DNA of 63,348 nucleotides, filler included, from Octopus bimaculoides (Eukaryota), in the NCBI RefSeq assembly GCF_001194135.2. It is 5 parts of 5 records of this genome, joined end to end, with 100 filler letters (N's around TTAATTAATTAA, not from the genome) between each part and the next. Parts side by side here need not be neighbours in the genome. Positions count along the whole stretch, not along the records: positions 1 to 30,678 come from NC_068991.1; positions 30,779 to 56,374 come from NC_068982.1; 3 more parts are not named here. One strand, written 5' to 3'. The notes under the pieces were generated by a model. It searched no databases, had not been told where the DNA came from, and worked only from the letters and a program-made list of their open reading frames with translations. Positions 25,583 to 37,275 of this stretch are shown here, piece by piece. The translations under genes and the position numbers were made by a program. Within the stretch, counting starts at the first letter, position 1, and every line of letters begins with the position of its first letter.

Positions 25583-26120
25583 CTAGCTTAAAAGCCGCCC
25601 CTCCTACAGAGGGCTAGTAGGGTTTGAGGCCCAAAACTAAAGGGAGCAATAATAATTAAGCATTTATCGGTATCATACCATCTCAGATTTATATTACAGA
25701 GTATCACATTTAGACCGAAAGTCCGATTTGGGCGAAAGTTCGAGTTACTTAATATTTTCTTCCGAGCGCTTAATTCACAAACTCCGCTGAACTTCGAAAC
25801 CTCACGAACACGAAATCTTTCATTCTAACTTGGATCTAGCTTTGAATGAACTGAATTGAAAATACTTTTTTTTAATTCACAAAGTGTTGGTATTAATTTA
25901 AGTTCGGTTTAAATGAAAAAGTTAAGTTCACAAATGTTTGGAGTTTTAAAATTTGAATTTTCAACATTTAGCATTCAAGAACCAAACGAAGGACAGACTT
26001 TTAATACCGAGATCTTTCTGGTTCTAAAAAGGTATAATATGTCAATGTAGAGCAAATATAGACTGAGATAGAGGGGTCTCGGACGGACAGACAGAATTTC
26101 GCGTTTATTATATGTGTATA
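25583..26120 (-). mobile_element. Non-autonomous Helitron-like element
   Basis: Minus 5' end TATACACATATAATAAACGCGAAATTCTGTCTGTCCGTCC; 3' GC hairpin GCCCTC-tgta-GGAGGGGC, about 10 nt, then CTAG|T. Confidence 0.55.
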
Positions 26121-26487
26121 AAGGGTGCGAGGAATATATTGTCGTCTAAATTAGGCAAAAATGAAAATAACACTGACATCTCATTTTAATAGATATATTT
26201 ATCAAAATTACATAAAAATATCTTGAAATACTAAACAGTAAATTTATTCAATAAAATCGCCATTGGCTTCAACCACGGCCTCCAGCCTCAAGAAATAGCA
26301 AACAAAAATTGTGTTTGATTGTTTAAATAGAGGTCCAAATATCACAAAAATGTGTACTGCATTGCCGAAGGTAAGCATGAAAATAAATATGTAAAAAAAA
26401 AAAATTAAGATAAAATATACAATTTCTGAGGTATTTCGGGTGCACACAAACATCTCTAGAGTTTTAGTGTTATTGAGATATATAGAC

Positions 26488-26870
26488 GCAGGCGTTGTTG
26501 TGTGGTAAGAAACTTGCTTCCCAACCATATGGCACCTTGGACAAGTGTCTTATACTATAGTCTTGGGCCGACCAAAGGCTTGTGAGTGGATTTGGTAGAC
26601 GGAGACTGAAAGAAAGAGACCCGTCTTATATGTATGTATCTATTTGTGGGAGTGGGTCTTTAATGTCTGCGTTTGTCCCCCCACCGCCGCTTAACAACTG
26701 ATGCAGGAGTGTTTACGTCCCTGTAACTTAACGGTTCGGCAAAAGAGACCTATAGAATAAGTACTAGGCTTACAAAGAGTAAGTCCTGGGGTCGATTTCT
26801 TCGACTAAAAACTTATTAAGGTAGTGCTCCAGTATGGCTGCAGCCAAATGACTGAAACAAGTAAAAGAAT
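26488..26870 (+). mobile_element. SINE-B near full length
   Basis: Head (with deletion), CORE-like block, internal microsatellite remnant, cggttcggcaaaagagacc, aaatgactgaaacaagtaaaag tail. Confidence 0.9.
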
Positions 26871-26898
26871 ATGTACATAGATAGATAGGCAGGTAAAT

Positions 26899-26971
<73 letters not shown>

Positions 26972-26998
26972 AATAGACAGACAGATAGATAATCAGAT

Positions 26999-27031
<33 letters not shown>

Positions 27032-27778
27032 NNNNNNNNNNNNNNNNNNNNNNNNNNNNNNNNNNNNNNNNNNNNNNNNNNNNNNNNNNNNNNNNNNNNN
27101 NNNNNNNNNNNNNNNNNNNNNNNNNNNNNNNNNNNNNNNNNNNNNNNNNNNNNNNNNNNNNNNNNNNNNNNNNNNNNNNNNNNNNNNNNNNNNNNNNNNN
27201 NNNNNNNNNNNNNNNNNNNNNNNNNNNNNNNNNNNNNNNNNNNNNNNNNNNNNNNNNNNNNNNNNNNNNNNNNNNNNNNNNNNNNNNNNNNNNNNNNNNN
27301 NNNNNNNNNNNNNNNNNNNNNNNNNNNNNNNNNNNNNNNNNNNNNNNNNNNNNNNNNNNNNNNNNNNNNNNNNNNNNNNNNNNNNNNNNNNNNNNNNNNN
27401 NNNNNNNNNNNNNNNNNNNNNNNNNNNNNNNNNNNNNNNNNNNNNNNNNNNNNNNNNNNNNNNNNNNNNNNNNNNNNNNNNNNNNNNNNNNNNNNNNNNN
27501 NNNNNNNNNNNNNNNNNNNNNNNNNNNNNNNNNNNNNNNNNNNNNNNNNNNNNNNNNNNNNNNNNNNNNNNNNNNNNNNNNNNNNNNNNNNNNNNNNNNN
27601 NNNNNNNNNNNNNNNNNNNNNNNNNNNNNNNNNNNNNNNNNNNNNNNNNNNNNNNNNNNNNNNNNNNNNNNNNNNNNNNNNNNNNNNNNNNNNNNNNNNN
27701 NNNNNNNNNNNNNNNNNNNNNNNNNNNNNNNNNNNNNNNNNNNNNNNNNNNNNNNNNNNNNNNNNNNNNNNNNNNNNN

Positions 27779-27811
<33 letters not shown>

Positions 27812-27814
<3 letters not shown>

Positions 27815-27880
27815 GATGGGCTTCTTCCAGTTTCCGTCACAATGCTTTGGTCGGCTCGAGGCTATAGTAGAAGACATTTG
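27812..27880 (-). mobile_element. SINE-B fragment
   Basis: gggcttcttccagtttccgtc...gctttggtcggctcgaggctatagtagaagac. Confidence 0.75.
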
Positions 27881-27965
27881 TCCAGTTATTATATACATAC
27901 ATACGTAGACAGAATAACCTAGATGACCTGACAGACACACACACACAGGCACACAGATAGATAAG

Positions 27966-28045
<80 letters not shown>

Positions 28046-28219
28046 TGCAAACAAACAAATAAATACAAACGATAAATGAATGGGTGAAAGGAGAAACGAA
28101 AATAATGAATGAAAGCACTAAAGGATTAATGAATGAGTAAAAGAAGAGAAAAGTCCGTCTGCTTTAGTCATATTTCCTTCACCCAGACGTTAAATGCTAT
28201 CGATATATATTAGGTAGGC

Positions 28220-28250
<31 letters not shown>

Positions 28251-28648
28251 NNNNNNNNNNNNNNNNNNNNNNNNNNNNNNNNNNNNNNNNNNNNNNNNNN
28301 NNNNNNNNNNNNNNNNNNNNNNNNNNNNNNNNNNNNNNNNNNNNNNNNNNNNNNNNNNNNNNNNNNNNNNNNNNNNNNNNNNNNNNNNNNNNNNNNNNNN
28401 NNNNNNNNNNNNNNNNNNNNNNNNNNNNNNNNNNNNNNNNNNNNNNNNNNNNNNNNNNNNNNNNNNNNNNNNNNNNNNNNNNNNNNNNNNNNNNNNNNNN
28501 NNNNNNNNNNNNNNNNNNNNNNNNNNNNNNNNNNNNNNNNNNNNNNNNNNNNNNNNNNNNNNNNNNNNNNNNNNNNNNNNNNNNNNNNNNNNNNNNNNNN
28601 NNNNNNNNNNNNNNNNNNNNNNNNNNNNNNNNNNNNNATTATTTGTAA

Positions 28649-28961
28649 GCCTAGTACTTATTTTATCGGTCTCTTTTGCCGAACCGCTAAGTTACGAGGA
28701 CATAAACACACCAGCATCGGTTGTCAAGCAATGCTAGGGGGACAAACACAGACGCACAAACATACACACACACATATAAATATATATATACATATATACG
28801 ACGGTCTTCTTTCAGTTTCCGTCTACCAAATCCACTCACAAGGCTTTGGTCGATCCGAGGCTATAGTAGAAGACACTTGCCCAAGATGCCACGCAGTGGG
28901 ACTGAACCCGGAACCATGTGGTTGGTAAGCAAGCTACTTATCACACAGCCACTCCTGCGCC
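28649..28961 (-). mobile_element. SINE-B well-preserved copy (3' end lost in gap)
   Basis: Minus head GGCGCAGGAGTGGCTGTGTGATAAG...GGTTCAGTCCC (A/B boxes), CATCTTGGGCAAGTG CORE-like block, internal (TA)/(TG) tract. Confidence 0.92.
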
Positions 28962-29051
28962 TATATATATATCTAAAATGGCTGACGACTTGCATCACGA
29001 TTGAAACTCAGGAGTACCAACAAATTTGAATCAAACTGTTTTGATCCATGT

Positions 29052-29103
<52 letters not shown>

Positions 29104-29139
29104 ATANNNNNNNNNNATATATATATATATATATTTATA

Positions 29140-29390
29140 TATCTTTTATCTTTTATCTGTTTCAGTCATCAGACTGCGGCCATACTGGGGTACTGCCTTG
29201 AATTTTTAGTTGAATGAATGGTCTGCTCATCTATATACATATACATACTATATTATTTTTTTAAACCTGGTACTTTTTCTATCGTTTTCTTTTATCGAAC
29301 GGCTACGTTAAGGGAACGTAAACTCACCAAGAACGTTTGTCAAACTGTTGTGGGGGACAAGCACAGACACAAATACACACACACATGCCT
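29140..29390 (-). mobile_element. SINE-B 3' half
   Basis: cttttatcttttatctgtttcagtcatcagactgcggccatactgg...gggggacaagcac. Confidence 0.8.
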
Positions 29391-29924
29391 ATATATATAG
29401 AAAATAGACCTATGTGTATTAGCTTTTCAGGCGAAAAAAGCTGCGCGAATTGGTTCCATACTTGGGGGGCATGAATAATTTGACCTCGGGATGCATAATA
29501 GGGTTTTCGTTTTATTTTTTTTTTATAAGAGATAAATAATATTACTTTATAATATGATTCACTTCTTTAAAAAGGTTTTTCAATGTCAACTTCCGGTATT
29601 GACGTAGCAACCGTTGCAGACGAAATTTTCCGTTTTCGTTTGCGAAACCTCTCACTCTCTATTTTAATTCGTTATTTGCAAACAACTACGGTGAATTACT
29701 GAAAGAAATATTTACTTAGCAAGTGAGATTTTTTATAGACTGAAGTTTTCATGAAAATTTACTTTCTGAACTTCCTTTTATTATTGAATATTTCAAGTTC
29801 ACAAATTTAAATATTCGGTACAAGATAGTTTTTAACGAGCTTTTATTGATCGCTTTTCATTTCATGCTTATTTCATTCATTGTTTGCAATATTCTCCACC
29901 TCTCTCTCTCTCTTTCTTACACAA

Positions 29925-29966
<42 letters not shown>

Positions 29967-30387
29967 TCTCTCATATAAATACACACTAGGTTTGATTTCG
30001 TTATTACACAAATACATTAGAATTTTGCAATTCAACATGGTGCGTCCAAAACTATACGGACATCTTTCGTTTGAACCTGCACACTTCGTTAATTTCCGTA
30101 AAATTTTTTATGTATTTATTTTTTGCGTGCCGTGTTCAACTCTATGTATTTGTAGTCCATCACATACGCACACGGATGTTTTTGTATGTACGTTTGTATA
30201 CGTTTATGTATGCGTGTGTTTGTGTGTGTGTGTGTGAGAGAGATAGAGAGAGAGAGAGGGGGAGAGAGTGAGTGATGGGGTGTGTCGTCATGTATACATA
30301 AATGTATATGCATACATCGTTTTTGTATGTAAGTGTGTGTGTGAGAGAGACACAGAGAGAGAGTGTGTGATGTATAAGTGGTACCCA

Positions 30388-30476
<89 letters not shown>

Positions 30477-30561
30477 ACGCATACATACAAAAAAGATGTA
30501 TGCATATTTATTAATATATGTACGTATACATGAGAACACACGCCTTCACTCTCTTTCTCTC

Positions 30562-30592
<31 letters not shown>

Positions 30593-30633
30593 CTCTATCT
30601 ATCTATCTATCTATCTCTCTATCTATCTATCTA

Positions 30634-30678
<45 letters not shown>

Positions 30679-30778
30679 NNNNNNNNNNNNNNNNNNNNNN
30701 NNNNNNNNNNNNNNNNNNNNNNTTAATTAATTAANNNNNNNNNNNNNNNNNNNNNNNNNNNNNNNNNNNNNNNNNNNN
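30679..30778. other. Synthetic scaffold-join spacer 44N-TTAATTAATTAA-44N
   Basis: Exactly 44 N + TTAATTAATTAA + 44 N = 100 nt; identical at three other sites. Confidence 0.9.
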
Positions 30779-30797
30779 TATATATATACTTATATAT

Positions 30798-30842
30798 ATA
30801 AATCTGAAGAATCTACTAGAGTAGATGCAAGTGCTAATATAT
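30798..30842 (+). ncRNA. Minimal hammerhead motif with one core substitution
   Basis: ATAAAT | CTGAAGA | ATCTACT-ag-AGTAGAT | GCAA (GAAA expected) | GTGC | TA | ATATAT. Confidence 0.55.
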
Positions 30843-30987
30843 GACTTATAAAAACATGACATATTAATAAAAATCTGTAAATGTACAACCATTCAGATCC
30901 CTGAGTACCTTATTTTTTCTAATATATAATACCTGTACATACCTTGCAAACCTTCTAATATATATATTTATATATATGTATATATTA

Positions 30988-31021
<34 letters not shown>

Positions 31022-31069
31022 CATATATATATGAATAGATATATCCATATGTATATATATATGTGTGTC

Positions 31070-31265
31070 TGTCTGTATTTGACTCCCCATTACCACTAGA
31101 CAACCACTGTTGGCGTGTTTACGTCCACATAGCTTAGTGATTCGACAAAAGTGACGTATGGAATAAGTACTAGGCTTAGAAAAAGTCCTGGGTTCGATTT
31201 GTTTCACTAAAATCCCTTCCTGGCAGTGCTCTAGCATAGACGCACTCAAAAGACTGAAACAAGAA
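31070..31265 (+). mobile_element. SINE-B 3' half, old
   Basis: gtgtttacgtcc..gaataagtactaggctt..actgaaacaag. Confidence 0.75.
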
Positions 31266-32665
31266 ACAATAAAATAAAATAATATATACATGTATATACA
31301 TGTATATATGCATGTATATATGCATATGTATATATGCATGTATACATACACACGCACCCCCCAACACACAAATATATATACAAACATACATACATGTTTA
31401 CATATATGTTTTTATATCATATATATATATATATATATACACATATGCCCACACATACACGATATATATATATATATNNNNNNNNNNNNNNNNNNNNNNN
31501 NNNNNNNNNNNNNNNNNNNNNNNNNNNNNNNNNNNNNNNNNNNNNNNNNNNNNNNNNNNNNNNNNNNNNNNNNNNNNNNNNNNNNNNNNNNNNNNNNNNN
31601 NNNNNNNNNNNNNNNNNNNNNNNNNNNNNNNNNNNNNNNNNNNNNNNNNNNNNNNNNNNNNNNNNNNNNNNNNNNNNNNNNNNNNNNNNNNNNNNNNNNN
31701 NNNNNNNNNNNNNNNNNNNNNNNNNNNNNNNNNNNNNNNNNNNNNNNNNNNNNNNNNNNNNNNNNNNNNNNNNNNNNNNNNNNNNNNNNNNNNNNNNNNN
31801 NNNNNTATATATATACAAACATACACACACATAGATTTTTACAATGTATTTCATTAAATCCATAGCTGAAAGCTTTAGTCGTACACCGTATCGTCGATCT
31901 CATTTACCGTAACTGTTTCACATTTTCTTTTAAGATAAACCATTAACTCCTTTGTAAACTTTATATGTTGTAATTCTCCTACAATAAACATAAAACGGAC
32001 TGCACAATTGCACTCATTATGCAGAATGATTCTTCCATTAAATATTCAACGGATTTTATCACATTGTGTCATATGTTTGTTTTCTACTTTCAAATGTACT
32101 GCATGCGTAAATGTATTTTCATTTAGTTACCATTTATTGATGCGATTGAGCATGTTTATTTCTTAGTGCGTGTCTCATATTGCATATATATATATACGTA
32201 CATGTACGCGTGTCTGTGTGTGTCTACGTATGTGTGTGTTTGTGTATATGTGTATGTGCGTGTATTCTTGTGTGTATGTGTGTGCTTGGGTGAAAGTGTG
32301 AATGTTTGAGTGCATTTCTATTGATTCATATATGATAAAAATGTATTGTAATTAGTACATATTAATTTAAAGATGTCGATTTCTTTTGAATTTATGCATC
32401 ATCATTTCATATTGAAGTAAGTAAAAACGGTAACTTTTAGGAAGATTGAAACTGTTTGAATGTTGGAGGGTAGGCACAAACGGCAGAATTACTACTTGCT
32501 CACATAAACACAATGTACAGGAAGGTATGTTTACATATCCACAACATAAAATGTCTATATTGTCTCTATGTATTTCAGGTACTACATACATACATACATA
32601 TATACATACACACATACACACACACACACACATACACATACACATACATATATATATATATATAT

Positions 32666-32718
<53 letters not shown>

Positions 32719-32769
32719 CTATAATTCACACATTATATTCATACATCACCTCGAGAAAAGACAAATAGA

Positions 32770-32888
32770 CAAATAGACAAATAAACTAGCAAGAATTATT
32801 GGATAATCCCATATCTAGATTTCTGGCTTTGCATAAAAATATACTCTGCCTTATCAATGCGATATACAGAGATAGTACATAATTAATT
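32770..32888 (-). repeat. Hammerhead-bearing ~120-bp unit, left inverted copy (core mutated)
   Basis: Minus reads TATCGCA TTGATAA GGCAGAGTATATTTTTATGCAAAGCCA GAAA TCTAGA TA TGGGAT; reverse complement of 33187-33305. Confidence 0.75.
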
Positions 32889-33113
32889 ATAATTTCAATA
32901 ATGATTATTACTTATATGTTTTTTATTCCTATACTGGCCACATGATATAATTGTTATTTTACATAACGATTTCATTCTTATTGATATAAATTTATATATT
33001 TACTTCGTCATTATATTCACTGAGGTGGTATTTTGACCGTATAGCACGTGGAGTTTAGACGGATAAGTAAACCGGTTGTGAGCATACGTGCGTATATGTA
33101 GGTATCCGTATGT

Positions 33114-33168
<55 letters not shown>

Positions 33169-33209
33169 CTATATATATATATATTCGTAATTATGAACCA
33201 TCTGTGTAT

Positions 33210-33267
33210 ATACCACTGATGAGGCAGAGCATATTGTTATGCAAAGCAAGAAATCTTGATCTGGGAT
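33210..33267 (+). ncRNA. Hammerhead motif in right inverted copy (unit 33187-33305)
   Basis: ATACCA | CTGATGA | GGCAGAGCATA ttgt TATGCAAAGCAA | GAAA | TCTTGA | TC | TGGGAT. Stem I pairs 5 of 6; AUC triplet; base of stem II imperfect in this copy. Confidence 0.6.
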
Positions 33268-33450
33268 TATCCAATATTTTTTTGCTAGTTTATTTGTCTA
33301 TTTCCATTTTCTCCTGGTGCTGTATGCATGCTCGATGTAGTTTTAGAGCCAAGTTGTGACTGTTATGTTAAGCATGATGGTATCTTTTAGATACCATTAC
33401 GTATAACTTTAATTATAATTATTACCTATAACGTTTTTATTTCTATGCAT

Positions 33451-33481
<31 letters not shown>

Positions 33482-34084
33482 AATATACACACACACACAC
33501 ACACACACACATATATGTGTATGTATATATTTATCGCTAGCCACTAAGTCTTTATTATTTTCTCTCTCNNNNNNNNNNNNNNNNNNNNNNNNNNNNNNNN
33601 NNNNNNNNNNNNNNNNNNNNNNNNNNNNNNNNNNNNNNNNNNNNNNNNNNNNNNNNNNNNNNNNNNNNNNNNNNNNNNNNNNNNNNNNNNNNNNNNNNNN
33701 NNNNNNNNNNNNNNNNNTATATATATATATATATATGGGGGGGGGGATATTCCTGTAGGTGCATTCATGTATGCGCGCGTTGGTTTGCAATTGTCTGTAG
33801 TACATGTAGTACATGATTGATTTATTTCTTGGTGTATGTAAAACTCAGTTTTGCTTAACAAACTCATCAGTAACATTTTCTGTAGCTCCATGCAAATGAA
33901 TTTTAAAGCAAAGATCTTTAGTGGAGTTTAGTTGAATTTTCTGAGCAATTGGCATGAGAATTTACTGCCGCAAGCGATGTAACGCTAATTGTACACTATC
34001 CTTTGTGTAATAAAATATAATTATAAATACCGTACTGTCTGCAATTTGACATTGTTTCTTAGTTCTGTTCATCCTGGGTAGTTT

Positions 34085-34560
34085 TTCATACATTTTCATA
34101 TAAAGCACTGAGCATTTGGTGATCTCAAATTCCATACCGATGTCCCCACCACACTTCTGGACTGTTTTGTTTGGTTAAAGAATCTATCTGTCTTTCTGAT
34201 TTCCCAAACAATTTTAGGTCATCCATAAACAGAAGATGGCTTAATGATGGGCCTTTCTTCCCACATGGCTAACCCATCTTAACTTTCCTAAGTGTCATTG
34301 TTATGGGTATTAGTGCAATTACAAAAAATAACGGTGAAAACGAGTCATCTTGGACGTTTCCCCTTTTAATATTAACTTCTCCAAGGAATATATTACTTGA
34401 GTAAAATTTGGTTCTCCACTCTTTCATACTATGCATCCGAAACTTTATGATGTTGTCAGCAACCCCAAACATCTGCAGGCATTCAACGATCCAAGAATGA
34501 GGCATCATATCATACGCCTTGTTAAAGTCAATCCAAGCCATAGACATGTTTGTATAACGT
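34085..34560 (-). pseudogene. R4/Dong-clade non-LTR retrotransposon RT fragment
   Basis: SMAWIDFNKAYDMMPHSWIVECL...EVNIKRGNVQDDSFSPLFFVIALIP...HLLFMDDLKLFGKSERQIDSL: RT motifs including FMDD, typical R4/Dong wording. Confidence 0.85.
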
Positions 34561-34630
34561 TTTTTTACAATGCCTCAACACAGTTTTATCCTTTTTGTTC
34601 ATTTTTGCTAATATTATTATTATTATTATT

Positions 34631-34895
34631 GAGTGAGAGAGCAGTGCATGCCATCAAANNNNNNNNNNTATTATTATTACTGAGTGAGAGAGCAGTGCAT
34701 GCCATCAAAGTGACACTGTGGTAAAATATGCGAAGCCCAGTATACCCATCATGACTATGCGTCTGATAAGGGTACACCAGAATAATAGCCCGGATGTAGT
34801 ACCAGGCAGTGGCTCTCATGGCTTCTGATTTTAATTGATTGGAAATGTTATCATGTACATGTGAGCGATATCGTGATCTTATATCAAGATAAACA
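34631..34895 (-). mobile_element. Repeat family C (SINE-like 3' part with (AAT)n tail)
   Basis: Minus ends ...gtgtcactttgatggcatgcactgctctctcactc(aat)n. Confidence 0.55.
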
Positions 34896-34924
34896 CATAC
34901 ATACATATAAATATGTTTACAAAA

Positions 34925-35085
34925 ATACGACGAGCTTCTATCAGTTTCCGGTTACCAAATACATAGTTTTGGTCGGTCCGACGACGGTATAGCAGAAAAA
35001 CTTGTCCAAGATACAACGGTGTGGGACTGAACCCGAAACCATTTGGTTGGGTAGAAACTTCTTAGCACCGAGCCACTTATGCACC
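34925..35085 (-). mobile_element. SINE-B 5' half (left of divergent pair)
   Basis: gtgggactgaacccgaaaccatttggttggg...gagccacttatgcacc. Confidence 0.8.
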
Positions 35086-35089
35086 TATA

Positions 35090-35250
35090 TGCAAGTGTGG
35101 TTGTGTGGTAAAAAGCTTTCTTGCCTACCACAAGGTTCTGCGTTCAGTCTCACTGCGTGGTACCTTGGACAAGTTTCTTCTGCTATAGCTTCGGGCCGAT
35201 CAAAGCCATATGAGTAGATCTCGTAGACGGAAACTGGAAGAAGCCCGTCG
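35090..35250 (+). mobile_element. SINE-B 5' half (right of divergent pair)
   Basis: gcaagtgtggttgtgtggtaaaaagc...gcgttcagtctcactgcgtggtaccttggacaag...gaagcccgtcg(ta)n. Confidence 0.85.
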
Positions 35251-35290
35251 TATATATATATATATATATATATATATATNNNNNNNNNNC

Positions 35291-35450
35291 CAGATGTTGA
35301 ACAGTAAGTCGGAAGAGAAAACTTCTAAAACTTCATAATAAATCAGAAGAGTTAAAAGGCTATGTAGATCTAAGCTGAATGAAAGGAACCTGATAAGAGG
35401 AATCAACGTGTCGGTTGTAGGTGTGATACGTTACTACGCAGCAATTTTTA
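35291..35450 (+). pseudogene. R4/Dong LINE post-RT fragment
   Basis: IRRVKRLCRSKLNERNLIRGINVSVVGVIRYYAAIF matches the R4/Dong pattern RRLRKxLxSKLNGxNLIxxINTWAVxxIRYSA. Confidence 0.7.
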
Positions 35451-35905
35451 GAGAAGGGCTATGTTAATTACATCAACAGTATTTGAATCGTTCTTTTTGT
35501 TCTCAAGTCAGAACAGATGATAGGAAAAGTTGTCCACGGTGCAATTTGAACACACAACGTAATGGCAGAAAACCAGCAGTTTTGACCGGAAGATTCTGTC
35601 GATACTATCAACTGTAGTACTTGACTGGTACCCTATATTTCCCAACCTAGATGGATGAAATGAGAAGTTTAATAATAATGCGAATAAATATCAGGTTATC
35701 AAATACTTATTGTTTCGTGTTTATTGAATTCGATAGATAACTAATGTTTTTTCTAGTTTTCTTTTTAATCAACAGGAAATATTATAAACGAACTCACAGC
35801 CGCATGATTTAGAAATTATGCCGTGAAGTTTCGCGTATGAATGCAGTAATTTAATTTGTAGATTTGCCTATTCTACCACATCATAATGAAAATAATGAAT
35901 GCAAT

Positions 35906-35924
35906 CATAATAATAATAATAGTA

Positions 35925-35984
<60 letters not shown>

Positions 35985-35985
35985 T
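35906..35985. repeat. (AAT)n microsatellite
   Basis: Direct reading. Confidence 0.95.
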
Positions 35986-36814
35986 TAATCATATAAATGA
36001 TAATAACAATAAAATTTGCAGTTACTAATATTTCTATTGCTGTTGTAGATGTTAGTATTGCTTTTGTTATTCTTGTTATGCCATTAATTTATGTGACGTT
36101 TGCTATGAATATCAAACCAGAAGCATTTAAAATTACAAGTCATTTTTAAAGAAATAATCGTTATAAAATAATTTTATCTTAGAGTTATTTATTTCGTTGT
36201 TTGTTTTAAGATATCCGATGAAGTAGCATTGCGGTGAAGGTGGTGGAACCTGCTATATTATAGCTGGTTCAATTAAGCAGTCTAGTCAAAAGAATGTATT
36301 TTCATGACAGAGATCAAATTTAGGAGAAAAATAAAGTATAAATTATGTGAAAAGTTTGACAGAGGGAGTAATACTAATTTTGTATAGATCAAACTTCATG
36401 TCTTAGTTGCTAGTTAATATGACAAATTATTGCAAAGGTTAATATGTGGCAGCAAATTTATTTTCAACTCTCGCCTATTGTAGAATTAATTTTTTTAATG
36501 GGTGATATTTGTGCAAAGTAATTTTCAAATTTTCGTTTTTCTTTGTTTATCATTTAGTCCTTCATAATGTGTTTTCTATAAAATGTTCAGATGTTATCTG
36601 AAAGATTTGAATTCATAATTCATTTTCTCATTTTCGTACATTACGCTTGTGATATTTGTCTGTAGAAAAATATCTCTTTATGAATTTTCTAATTTAAAAG
36701 AGACATATATCAGTACAGTTGAGATACGTATATATCAATAGATATAGTCTATTAATATTTTGTTTCTTGTATAAACTATCATTTGGAATTTTTTTTGTAC
36801 TATTACTCTATATT

Positions 36815-37027
36815 CTTTTCTACTCCAGGCACAAGTTCCGTAATTTTGGGGAGGGGCCTGTCGATTAGATCAGCACCAGTACGTAATTGGTACTTAATTT
36901 ATCGACCCCGAAAGGAAAAAAAAGGCGAAGGCAACCGAGGTGGAATTTGAACTCAGAACGTAAAGACAGCCGAAATACTGATAAACATTTCGCTCGGAGT
37001 ACTAACGATTCTGCCATCTCGCCACCT
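36815..37027 (-). mobile_element. SINE-A full length (left of divergent pair)
   Basis: cttttctactccaggcacaag...gaatttgaactcagaacg...ctgccatctcgccacc. Confidence 0.88.
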
Positions 37028-37067
37028 TACTATTGCACTTACTATTAAAACAAGGAGCTTTAATATA

Positions 37068-37275
37068 GCAAGGAGTAGGCAGGATTGTTAGCATGCCGGG
37101 CAAAACACTTAGTGGCATTTCGTGTGTTTACGTCCTGAGTTCAAACTCTACCGAGATCGACTTTCCTTTCCATCCTGTTGGGTCGATACAATAAGAGCCA
37201 GGTGAACACTGGGGTTAATTTAATCTACTGGCTCCCTCCCACAAAATCTTGACCTTGTGAAAAATGTTTGAAGCC
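37068..37275 (+). mobile_element. SINE-A full length (right of divergent pair)
   Basis: gcaggattgttagcatgccggg...ctgagttcaaac...ctttcctttccatcc...ccctccc..aaaatc..ccttgtg. Confidence 0.85.

Noticed and set aside
29160-29175. CTGATGA-CT-GAAA in the SINE-B tail
   Set aside because: No stem II; it is the SINE 3' stem-loop (CAGTCA..TGACTG).
33835-33876. CTGATGA with a stem-II-like hairpin on minus
   Set aside because: GAAA and stem III are missing; at most a heavily decayed relic.
34631-34708. Direct repeat tgagtgagagagcagtgcatgccatcaaa on both sides of a 10-N gap
   Set aside because: Unmerged contig overlap.
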